A DNA stretch of 64,000 nt from Lama glama (Eukaryota): NCBI GenBank assembly GCA_028534125.1, contig CM052817.1, forward strand, positions 23,872,001 to 23,936,000. The letters are read 5' to 3'. The translations under genes and the position numbers were made by a program. The notes beneath the pieces were generated by a model that saw only the letters and a list, made by a program, of their open reading frames with translations, was not told the DNA's origin and ran no database searches. This document shows, piece after piece, positions 52,691-64,000 of the stretch (position 1 is the stretch's first letter; the number at the start of each line of letters is the position of its first letter).

Positions 52691-54450
52691 AAAATGAATT
52701 TAGCACAGTTACTGTTTATAAGGTCAATACATAAAATATAAACTATATCCCCAAATATCAGTTAACAAAATGAAATATTAAAAGTGATATCACATACAAG
52801 AGTAGCAAAAAAAATCAAAACCCAGGATTAAATCTAACAAAAATTTGTAAGAACTAGAAATTATTACCAAGAAAATTAAAGAAAATCTAATTAAATGGAG
52901 GAACATATGAAAGACTAAATACTGCAAAGATGTCAATACCACTTGTATTAACCTGTAGAATCAATGCAATCCCAATCAACAGAGTTACAGGGGTGGGTGT
53001 GTATGTGGAATTTAACAAGCTGATGTTAAAATTCGTATACAAGAGCGAAAGACGAAGAATAACTAAGACACTTTTGAAGAACAAAGTGAGAAGACTTGCT
53101 CCACCAGGTATGAGGATTTATTTTTAAAGCTATGGTAATGAAGACACTACATTACTGATAAAAGGACAAATAAGAGATCAGTGAAGTAGAATGAAGCGTA
53201 CATAAAGGAACTCAATTTCTATTTAACTTAAGACAAAGATGCAAGTCTTGAGCAATGAGCAAAGCATGTTCTTAATAAGATCACTTAGATATCCAACTGG
53301 TATTAAAGAACTTTCCTCCTATCTCAAACTATACATAGAAATCAATTCAAGGTGGATTATAAATCCCACCCTGATAGGCCAGATAATAAAGGCAGAAGGT
53401 AAAACAGACTATCTTTATATGTCTTAAGACACAAAAAGTTCTAACTCTAAAGGAAAATAATGGTAAATTTGACTAAATTAAAGTTAAGAACTTTTATTCA
53501 TTAAAAGTCACCATCAAGGAATAAAAAAGCACTAATGCAGAAAGAGAAAAGATCTATTTATTCCACAATGTGCTTATACCCATGGGGCATCAGTAACTCT
53601 TAAAAATCACTATAAAAAACAGAAAATGCAATTCGAAACAACAACCTACCTATTTCCTCCTAAAAAAAATGGGTAAATGACTTTAAAAGGCACCACATAA
53701 AAGAAAACAAGATAGAAACACAGTCAATGACCAATAAATGCATCAAAATGTGCTCAATTTTGTTAGTTATCAGAAAATACAAATTAAAATCACAATGAAC
53801 TATCCACCCACTGGTATGGCTAAAATTTTTTAAATAACCAAATGCTGCTGAGTGTGTGAAACAGAAGGAATGCACATGCGCTGCTGGTGTTGGCACAACT
53901 GAGCAGGATCATTTGATGATAAGAACCATTCTGTACTACCTATGAATGTGGAAGACAAGAATCTCCTATGACAGCAATTGTACTCCTAGGAGTATATTCA
54001 ACAGACATGGACAAAGCTATGCTGCAAGCAAAACCACGCAAATGTACGTCCACATGCAAGACATTAAAGACGTTGTGGGAGAAGCACACTAAAGAACACT
54101 CTTCAACAACCAAAACCACAAACGGACATGCAGCCACATGAATGCAACTCAGAAACATCATGCTGAGTAAAAGATGTCAAACATGGAACATCACTTGCTC
54201 TATGATTCCATTTATATGAAATTCTAGAACAGGCAAAACTAATTTACAGTAGGATCACTGGTTGCCCAATACAGGTGACAGGACAATTTACTGCAAATGT
54301 GCAAAGGTGATTTTGGAGGGGGAATAGAAATGTTCTGTAACTTGATTGTGGTAGTGGTCACATGGGTGCATATATTTGTCAAAACTCAAATCTTATACTT
54401 AACTTTAGTCTATTTTATTATATGTAAACTAGTCATAAATAAAGCTGATT
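52691..54450 (+). mobile_element. Second, more diverged LINE-1 (L1MD/ME-like; ORF2 3' part and 3' UTR), plus a further L1 fragment to about 54830
   Basis: gatgtcaataccac...aatcaatgcaatcccaatcaa, tatgattccatttatatgaaattctagaacaggcaaaactaat, ttgattgtggtagtggtcacatgggtgcata. Confidence 0.85.
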
Positions 54451-54989
54451 TACATATGTGTTTACACATGTATCATTTATATGTAAAAATACCAGATGAT
54501 GTTGAGAATATGAAATATAACAATAGGAGAATGGATATGGTGGTATATCCATACAATGAAATATTATACAGCAGTGAAAATAAACAGACGATAACCAGAG
54601 GCACCAACATAGATGAGTCTCAAAGTTTAGCAAAATGAGCTTAAGTAAAAGAATATTTACTATATGATTGCACTTTTAAGTCCACAAGAGAATACACTGT
54701 TTGGGACATACTTAAGAGGTAAAACATTTTTTAAAGGCAAGAATGTAATAATCATTATTTAAAGTCAGGATAGAAGTCATCTTTGGCAGGGGAGGGAGTA
54801 CAAGTTTACCAAGGGGTTGCAAAATAACTCACCCTTTATTTGTTCATTATTTCCAGATTCTGGGCATTGTTATATAGCTATAATTGTTTCCTCAAGTCTG
54901 CATGCCACTGACACAAGTACATAGTAATAATTTCAACCCCGAGTAGAGTAGCACTCAAATTTTCTACCTTTTCAGTAACTTGTGCTAAT

Positions 54990-55260
54990 AATAAATATTG
55001 CTAATTCTTATTCAGCATTTACTATATGTCAGACAAAATTTTATAAATCTACACACACAGTCATAATATAAATGCGTGTGCGTGTGTATAGTCACAAACA
55101 CCCTAAGAAGTGAAAACTATTATTATCTGCATTTTTTAAGAAGAAAATTGGCACACAAAGCAGTTAGTTCATTTTCCCACAGGCACACAGCTTGTCAGTA
55201 ACTAACCTGAGACTCAAACCCAGGCAGTCTAGCTCCATAGCCCCTGTTCTAAACCACAAC
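54990..55260 (-). mobile_element. MIR SINE
   Basis: ctattattatctgcatttt...gactcaaacccaggcagtctagctccatagccc...aaccac. Confidence 0.75.
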
Positions 55261-58142
55261 ACTTAATACAATACTCAACCTTACTGAAGGAAAAAATTAA
55301 AACAGGCAAACTTTAAAAATAAAGATTTTGAACTCTTAAGTATACCCATTAGCAGTATTTTAAAGCATATTTTGTTGGTTTTTACTCTTAGTCTTACAAA
55401 TGTAAAGAAAAAGTTTGCAATGATTTTTACTGATTGTGGCATTCAATATTCACCTGCAAGCAATTACCAAATGTATCAGCCAAGTTCATTTGATCTACTG
55501 TCGATGAAAGATTAGCTCCATACAAGAAACAAGTTGTTTGGAAAACTGGTGATTAGCAATTTATATTCTCATTTATCTATGAATAAATTATCACCAGCTA
55601 TTTTCTATTCTAATAACTATTATGCCCAAAGCATAAGTTTATATATCTACATCTCATATTTCATCCTCCTAAGAGCCCTTGGAGGTAGCACCCGGTGTCC
55701 TAATCCTATCAATAAGGAAAGGAGGCTGTGGCAGCCCATGTCCCACAGCTAATAGGAGGCAAAGCCAGCATTCAAGGTCAATTCTGTCCTGAGTGCAAAA
55801 GCCCAAGTTCTTTCCTCTCTGCCTTTTTCTGCTCTTTTATTTTCCCACCAATTACCCTAAAGGTTGCAGATTGCTTTTAATTTTCAACTATAAAGCATGG
55901 TTGACGTGCAAAAATTAAAATCCCTTAAAGAAAAGCAGTAGTTATCATCTTCTTTTGTTATTATGTTTTGGTGATCTTGGTCAAGTTACTCAACTGTCCT
56001 GAGTCTAGTTTCCTTATTTATTGAAGGGGAATAAAAACAGGGCCTGCAGCCTAGGAACACTATGAGGATTAACAAGATGATGCTTTTAGAGAGAATAAGG
56101 TGTGCCCTGCACCATGTCAAGAGCCAGCTACAACCAGCCAACTGTTTTTGTTTTTTATTAGAGAAAAGAATGATTGGTTCTCCTCGAAAAGTGAGTAGAC
56201 ACAATGGTCTCCAAGTCCTTAAAAGTATCAACACTCTTCATTCATAACGAAAAAGAAAATACATGCATGGATGTGAACAAATCTCAAAAATATTAAATGA
56301 AACACCAAGTTGCAAAAAATAACTCTGATTACAGTGAGTCTTCAACATACCTACAAGATGTTATTTTTTCACATTTTTTTTAACTATTAAAATTGCTAAG
56401 AAAAGCAGTGGCATAAAGGTTAATTAACGTTAAAGATTTCTCTTTAGGATCTATGCACACACATTACCCAGGCAAGGCAGCCATGCCCAAAAAATCATTA
56501 ATAACACTCCATAAATGGACCACATCATTACGCAGAATGCTTGTTTAAAAAAATGCAGTTCTTAAAATTCATAACAGACTAACTACAGGTCATTACAGAA
56601 TTGGATTCAAAAGAAAAACACCACAGTCATTAGGCAGCAGTAGAAAACTGCCTTGAGGTTACATAACGTCTAACTAGAACACACAAATACAAAGTCAGAA
56701 AACATGAGAGGGCATTAACTACAGCACAGACCAAGAATGTGAGATTTACAATGCACAGATAATTAAACCTCAATCTTCAATGTTTCAAAAAATGTCCTTG
56801 GGATAAGAATAAATAATTACAGATGGATTACAACACAAAACTCTACCTCATTATCATGAAACAATTTTTCATCAACTAGCAGGAGTTGCTGTTAAAAATA
56901 AATTTTTTTCAAAGTGGAGCTTCTTTAATTATGAAAAATGAGTACAAATGTAATTCCTTTTTACTTGTGAAAAGTATCAAGCAGATAGATACTTTTATCC
57001 TCTAACAATACATCAAACGATTATTTTGATTCAGCATTTTGATGTTCAAGTCAAAATTTTGCGAATATTGAAATGATGAACCCATTTTTTTCATAGAACT
57101 TATAGAAAGCCATTTTAAAGGGAAAAAATCTGAACTTTAGAATGTTAAGCATTTTTCCGCTGTAGCATGAAATGCAGTTTTTCTTAAACATGAAAACGAT
57201 GCGATGAATTTCTGTATTTTTCTTATTCAACGTAGCAAACAACCAGTTATGATTTTCTGTAATTTTTTGCTTACATATATTTCAACATTAAAGTCTAAAA
57301 TAGCATTAGTCCTTTTTTAATGTCTATATCATGTCTATGTACATCTAGAGAAAAATATCTAAGATTCTTAATTTTAATAAAAAGTTCACAAAAGGCTTGA
57401 GACATCAGGTTTCAATTTCAAACTGGGGAACAGCCCTCAGTCAATACAGCACGTGGGTTTTATAATAAGTTATAAGAGATGGACTCCAATCAAGTGCTGC
57501 CTTGCCGACCACCCTCTTCTCCTTTACCTCTGCTTCCTTATTTTTCCTTCTCCTGAAACAGGCAAAGGCATGACACCTAAAAGACACGGCTTTGTGACTT
57601 GTGCCAAGGATAAAACAGTTACATGAAAGATGCATGAAAATCGTGAAACTGGGGAGGAGAGTAAGTACCTCTTCAGTAGCTGAGTGAGACCTGTTCCATC
57701 CTGCCTCGAGCACTAAGGATCACAAGACCCATCTATGACTCCCAGGGAAGGGCAGCTGCGGGGGAGCTGGCTTTCTGCTTGGAGACCTCTACGGGAGACC
57801 TCCAGCTGAGGAGGTAAGGAAGGAGCAGGCTGTCAAGCCTAGTTCGGACCCGGCCCTCAAGAGACAGGAGTTAAAAAGAGATCCTGAAGTCCAAGGTCCA
57901 GTGTAGCCCCACCCAGCCCAGCCTCCCCAAGAAAAGGAGTAGGCAGGAATTCAGGGACGAAGCCCAAGGCAAGGACAAAGATAACCCACTAAACTGGAGA
58001 GTCAGCTGCATCAGATAAACTTCCAAGGGGTGGGGTACAGGTCCAGGGAGACGGAAACAAAGCTCCTCACATCAGAAATATGTATCTAGCATCTTGTTCC
58101 TTTCAACAGCTATATGGAGTGTTTAACAAGAAATTATGTTAA

Positions 58143-58238
58143 TATGCATGTTCATGTATAATTAAAAAAATGTGCTCTACACTGGAATTTGACACAACAT
58201 TGTAAATTGACTATAACTTAATAAAAAATGTTAAAAAA
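58143..58238 (+). mobile_element. Very short, young L1 3' end (camelid type) with 15-bp target-site duplication
   Basis: tgtgctctacactggaatttgacacaacattgtaaattgactataacttaataaaaaa. Flanks aagaaattatgttaa (58128-58142) and aagaaattatattaa (58239-58253). Confidence 0.85.
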
Positions 58239-59002
58239 AAGAAATTATATTAAAAGCACCGGCCTCAAAGAAACAGTTTTATTCAATACAAGGAGAAATG
58301 CACTAAAATATCATTTAGATGTTATTTGACTAGAGGGACTCTCAGATTATATAATCCCCAGTTTTATTCTTAAAGTTATATTATAACTGTAAAATCTGGC
58401 AATTACTATTTGTAATTCAGGCAAGGATCATAAAGAAAAATAGACAGTGAAGTTTGAAAATAATTATTTATGCTCTCATTTTATAATTTGAGCACCATAA
58501 ATACATAGTTACCATTTACTGCCATAATCAAAGAAGAAAAGAGAGGTGACACTGGGTTCCCTGGCAGTGCTATGATACTGGTGAGTGCTACGTAATTTAC
58601 TATTAATTTTCAAATTATTTCAATTCTAATTTTCAAGGACTCAAGAGTCTCAACGTGAATAACAAACCTTCCACATGACACAAAGCTTACACTTACAACT
58701 AAATGAACACCAAATGATGCTCAAAAATTTACCCAAAAAAAAGCACATCTTGTTAAAAACATGAGCCAAGGATTTCTGATCTGAAGTTATTTTTATGGCT
58801 CCCAAAAGGACCCTGCTCTGGCAAAGACACAGTTTTAATGTGTGTACTCATGGCAGATCCTTCTCGTGTACTCTAATTGTTTAAAATTAGCAAAATATGC
58901 TAAAGCTACAGTGTCATACAAAAACTGGTCATCTTCTACGTTCCTAAGAAATATTCCAGATCTTATATATGCAATCTACATTTTAAAGAATATTTACTAA
59001 AT

Positions 59003-59215
59003 GAGTGGTTAAGAACGTGGCTTCTGGAGTCAGATGTACTGAAATGAAACCCAAGTTTACAACACACGTGACCCTAGAAAAATTAATCTAAAGCTCAGTT
59101 ATCTCATAAGAAAATGGATGAAAAATACCTACTTCGGAGGACCAGTGTGAGAATTAGACAACCCATGAAAAATTATAAGTCAAGCCAGCTTCTGGGTGTT
59201 TTAATAAATACCACC
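59003..59215 (+). mobile_element. MIR SINE
   Basis: gtggttaagaacgtggcttctggagtcaga...ctcagttatctcat...aaaatgga. Confidence 0.75.
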
Positions 59216-60336
59216 ACCACTACTGAGTTCCCAATAAATACTCAATATTTATGATGCCAAGATAAAGACAAATCAATTAGGGTTTCTGTCCTCAAAGAGT
59301 TTATGCTCTAATGGGAGATACTTAACATGGTCTTGTAAATTGCCACATTTCGCCTTGCAAATACTAAACTTCCACATTATCTCTTGTAAATACAACCAAG
59401 ATCTTGTACTGCCATTACCAACAGGGCTTATGGGCAAGAGAGCCAGCAGCAGGATACACGGGTGAGGGGGAAACTTGCAGAAATGCCAGTCTAGAGCCCC
59501 GGCAGGAATCTGTTCTTGAATTTAGTGCCATAGCAGTAACGGTCAAACTTAAACCACTGCATGACTTCCAGCAGACGGACAAGTGTCAGCTTTCAGTGGG
59601 GGAAGGAAAAAACCCCCACAACCCTGGAGAAAACCACGTTAGGTATAACTTTGAGAAATGGCTGAAAGCTCTCTCTGCTGTAAGGCAGCTCCACTCAGAC
59701 TCCACAGTCACCTTTGGGTACCAGTGACCCTACCCGCTGGTAGGGCCCCTCTTTAGAGTCCCAGTCTCCCGTGGATCTGGTTTCACACTGTTCAGCTGTA
59801 ACTTTTTACACGTCCTCTACACTACACTCCAAGTCCCCTGACACCTGTCTACCGCCTTGGGCCGAGCACAGTGACCATTACCGAGCAGGTGCTCACTAGC
59901 TGCGCGCTGAATCACTAATTCATGCCAGGCATCGTGTCGGGCAGTAGATGTAATCACTAGGAATGCGGCTCCTGCCAAAAGACAAATAACCTAGTGGGGA
60001 TTCAGAGTCCACAATTCAAATATAAGAAGTGCACTCATGGAAGAACAGAATACCAGGCATGGAGGAAGGTCTGGGGAAGGAATATCCAGGTAGAATGAAG
60101 GAAAAGGAACTCCCTCAGTTAAACAGGAGAGTCCCAGGCAGTTATAAGTTGGAAACAGACGCTGGGAAGTGGTGTACAGAGAGACGGCATGACAAAAAAG
60201 CTTTAGAAGAAAGACAAGGTTGGTTGAATAGGCACATGAATATGTCAAATTTAGAAGAGAACAGTGAAAATAAAATTTTTAAAAATAACTAAATTCCCCC
60301 AATTAAATATATATGGCCCACTGTAAAAATCCTTAC

Positions 60337-61232
60337 CTCCCTGAAATTCCTTTTGTTGATCCTGGAATCTCTGGTACAGGCCGATGTCTTAGCATAAACG
60401 ATCGAGATGGTCTTGAAACCAACTTGCTACGACTTCTCATAAGTGTCAGGGCTGGTGAGGATGGAACATACAACTCATTGACAACCATTTCTCCTTGAAA
60501 CTGAAAGAATGGGGATGGTGGTGGTCTGTCTAATACAACATTCGTCCCATTTCCAGCATTTGCTTCTGATACTGAGCAGCCAGGGGCAGAAAGGAGTTCA
60601 GCGTCCGCATTAGGAAGCCTGCTCACATTTTCTGAGCTCAAATCAACTTTTTCTGTTTGTTCTTCTTCAGTTGTACAGTCTAGAGTCCCTTTTGCAATCA
60701 AAGATTCTATTTTAGTAATTTTGCTACCAAATAAAGAATCTGAATTCAGGTGTGGTTCTTCTTCTGGAATGGGGAAGTTGTGTTTAGGAAGAGTCAGCTT
60801 ATCCTCTGATTTAAGAGGCTGGCTATTTCCCACAGTAGCCTCATCTGGATCAAGATTGTTTGTAACAGTCTCCAACTGCACTGGGCTAGGTGTCTGAACA
60901 CTAGGGGAATCTGAAAGCTCTATGCAGGTGTTCTGATCAGAAGATGGAGCAGGGTGGTCCTTTGGAGTCTCATCATTCTTCTTTGTTTTATGGACATTTG
61001 CATATACTGGGATATCTTGCATTTTTGACAAGACTATCTGTAACTGTTTAAGTATCCGCCTCCGGTGTCCCGTGGGTGATATGCCAACTTTGAGCAGCAC
61101 GCTGTCATTTATCGCCGCACAGTCCTTCACGTTGTTGAAGCCAAATTCACGGAAGTGCAAGAGGTATTGCTCCAAATTGATGCTCATGAGGAAATCTTTG
61201 ATATCGACATTTACTTCACTGACTGAGGACAT
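60337..61232 (-). CDS. ARAP2: ARAP2 exon 2 coding part (896 nt): start codon, SAM domain, start of linker
   Basis: MSSVSEVNVDIKDFLMSINLEQYLLHFREFGF...GISPTGHRRRILKQL is a SAM domain matching the ARAP2 N-terminus. Start context is gccaccattATG. Donor GGAG|gtaagg, phase 2. Confidence 0.97.
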
Positions 61233-61375
61233 AATGGTGGCTTCATTACTAAGCGGAGTTAAAAGAGGCAGTGCAATGAAACACACACAGGAGGATGCAC
61301 GTCTGTACTGCCTTTCCCTCTATTGCTTACTCAAAATGTTCTTTTCTCCTCAGTGAATGCTTTATGTGCTTGAGC
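61233..61375 (-). other. ARAP2: 5' UTR part of the first coding exon of ARAP2 (exon 2 by human numbering)
   Basis: Strong acceptor on the minus strand (ttttcttttttttttccag|GCTC, AG at 61377-61376), then 143 nt before the ATG at 61232. An upstream non-coding exon must lie further right. Confidence 0.85.
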
Positions 61376-62866
61376 CTGGAAAAAAAAAGAAAAGCAATGT
61401 ATTAGGACTTTTGGTTATTAAAACTGGTTTTATATGATAAATGTTCTCTGAAGAAACACAATAGAAATGAGGATGATTCCTTGTGCTCACTGAGCATTTG
61501 GAATCTTTGTGCGTTACTCTGCATGGTCAGTGCCTGGCTAGCGGGGGAAGGAGCGGGACAGAAATGCTGTGATTTTCAAAAAGGTGAAAAATGATTCTCA
61601 AATGTAAAATGAGCACGTGTCAAAAAAATGTATTCATGATTAATGAAGGAACCAGTAATGTGGTAAGGCTACTTTCAAGGGCATCTGTGCAACAGGCTTA
61701 TACAGTCTATTATAAAAGTTTTTTTTTTTTTTTAGTGTCAGAATAAGGCAGATAGGTTAGATTTAAAACAACAACAACAACAAAAACTGGTTAGGGTCCT
61801 ACAGGGCAATAAAACCATAACCTTTGGGGATATCTTTCTACTAGACAAAAATTTATAAGCTAGCAGGGCACTTCCCCGTTCTGGGCTCTAACCAAATGGT
61901 AAACAGAAAGCAGAGCGCAAGACTTAGAGTTAAATACCCCAGGGGTGAGCCTTAAACAGCAGCCCCGACAAGGCACTGAAAGAACACACTGCACATTCTT
62001 TCTGACTTGCAAATTTTAGACAATTCTTCTTAACAGTACCTAGCTAGATATGAATAACTCACCTCTTTACGCCACTTTCTTCAAAGACTCTCTCAAAAAG
62101 CACTTAGAACATATTTCTTAGGTCAATAACTTTCATTCCAAAAAATGCAGCAGCATTACATGTGCAATATCATTACATAAGAAAAGACTAACTAACTATA
62201 CATTACATAACAGGAAGTAAGTGAATATGAAAGTAAAAGGAAAAAGTTTAAAGGTCACATTGTCTTTACACACAGCAGATTCACATAGGTTCATTTTTCT
62301 CACAAACAACATTCAAGTATTTTAAAAGTTGATGTATCACGGTGCTGTTTACATGGCTGTGTTCAGTTTGTGGAAATGAACAACGTGTGCAAATCTCTGT
62401 ATGTTATGCGTCAAGAAAAAGAAAAAAGTAGAGAACGTGCATAAGGACCATGCACTGAAGTAATAAAATGAGACATACCCAAACAAGGTATATTTATCTG
62501 AACAAGCACTGATGCAACATTTCTGGAAATCACATCTCAGAGTAGATCTTGGAAAGATACAACTCAGGGTCTCCCTGTGCTACACGCCACCCACCCTGAA
62601 GCTCTTGCCTGCACTATTCAAAAACATCTGCCAACACTGACAAGCAAGTGTGTGAACAAGGGGAAAAGATAGTATTCAACGCAGCACTGCAGAAGCAAAG
62701 TATGAGCAAGAGATGAAAGGCAGGAAATGCTTTTGTCAGTAAGGTATCCCTCCGTCATTCAAAATGACAAAATGTCAGGGGAAAAAAAAGGAGAAAGTTA
62801 AACCTCAACACACACATACAACTAAATCTCAGATATACTATTCTTGTTCTACATAATTATTTTGTA

Positions 62867-62940
62867 AAAAGAAAGAAAGAAAGAAAGAACGTAAGAAAGA
62901 AAGAACGAAAGAATGAAAGAACAAAAGAAAGAAAGAAAAA
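62867..62940. repeat. Imperfect (GAAA)n tetranucleotide repeat
   Basis: Read directly. Confidence 0.93.
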
Positions 62941-64000
62941 AACCCTCATTATCTAATTTTTTTGCACATCACAAAATGAAAATGATTATCACCAGATTAG
63001 CTGGAACTCTGATTTTGGACTTCTCAGCCTCCAGAACCATGAGAAAATCTTGAACTAATGCTTTTCTCCTTCCTTCCTGCCTTTGCCACAGCTCAGGCCC
63101 TCATTATATCTCCTGCCTGAATTACTGCAGCCACCTCTGAACAAATCCGTTAGCCCAGTCTCCAAGTACTACCGGACAACTGAAAATCCAAATTTGGCCT
63201 GTCACTCCATATCCTGAACAAGACAGTCCAAAAGCTCCTCATGGTGAACCCCCGCAGTCTGGTCCCAGTCCACCAATAAAAACTAGAACAGCTACTATTA
63301 ATGTAAATGGCAATAATGCACCAGATTCCACACCTCATACATATTTCCTGCAGCGCAGTGTTCCCATGTACTGACTTCAGGCTCAGGTTTAACCTGTGCC
63401 ACATCATTGACTTTAGCTCCTTTTGTTAATTAGCATTTATTTCCCCCAGACAACAAACTGTTAAATATTTTGCATATGCTGTATCTGCTGGCAAATCTAC
63501 ACATTTTGCAAAATCCTATGCACTATTTAAAATTATGAATAGGTAGGTATGACTTCTCTGAAGGCTTCCTATCAAACCCTTAAAACAGAATGGATCACTC
63601 CTTTCTCCAAATACATCTAAAGCTAGGATTCTAGAAATCTGCAAAGGGCTTGGGACATGTTTATGAGATAGGAGATCGGCCAGTAGGGACGGTAGAAGCA
63701 GTTGGGAGGCCCATTCTGTTCATTTTTTTCTGGTGTGTGTGTGCATATGTGAGCCTTTGTGTTTTAACACAGAAGCCCTTTCCTTCCATTACACATAAAC
63801 CTCCAGAGCGGCTGACTCAAGGATGGATATACCAAATGTTCTGACCAAGCCACCTCTTTTCACTATCAGTAAACATGCTAATGAACCAGATTCCTTTTCA
63901 TGACCCAGAAAGGCTCCATCCCACGGGCCCTACAAGCCCTACAACCCTCTCTGCGCTTTCATGTTGGCTCCATCTCCAGACTTTTTAACCATCTGACCGT

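Noticed and set aside
61233..61286. 18-aa N-terminal extension in the ORF track (MCFIALPLL...)
   Set aside because: It begins at GTG, not ATG. The recognisable ARAP2 N-terminus starts at the ATG at 61232.
1..64000. CRISPR array, operon, rRNA, NUMT, intact provirus, processed pseudogene or CpG-island promoter
   Set aside because: None seen. The window is mammalian intron/exon sequence, and the ARAP2 promoter appears to lie outside it.

Overview
Mammalian genomic DNA, AT-rich and repeat-laden. It is probably from a camelid, judging by the tRNA-Ala-derived SINEs and the young L1 3' ends. The whole window lies inside ARAP2 (Arf-GAP with Rho-GAP domain, ankyrin repeat and PH domain 2), on the minus strand. 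I traced 12 consecutive coding exons by hand, all with GT-AG boundaries and consistent phases. They run from the start ATG at 61232 to a donor at 2098 and total 2433 nt (811 codons), encoding SAM, a long linker, PH1, PH2 and the ArfGAP zinc-finger domain. The promoter and non-coding first exon lie beyond 64000, and the rest of the gene lies beyond position 1. Introns hold L1, L2, MIR, MER21, MaLR, MER58, MER2/Tigger and SINE copies; family names are recognised from memory, not from a database run. Almost all other ORFs in the supplied track are noise. I see no clear new biological system. The best candidates for undescribed function are a hidden exon in intron 7 (in-frame alternative start or 37-nt poison exon) next to a CpG- and motif-rich element, an out-of-frame uORF overlapping the start codon, and transposons landing right beside splice donors.
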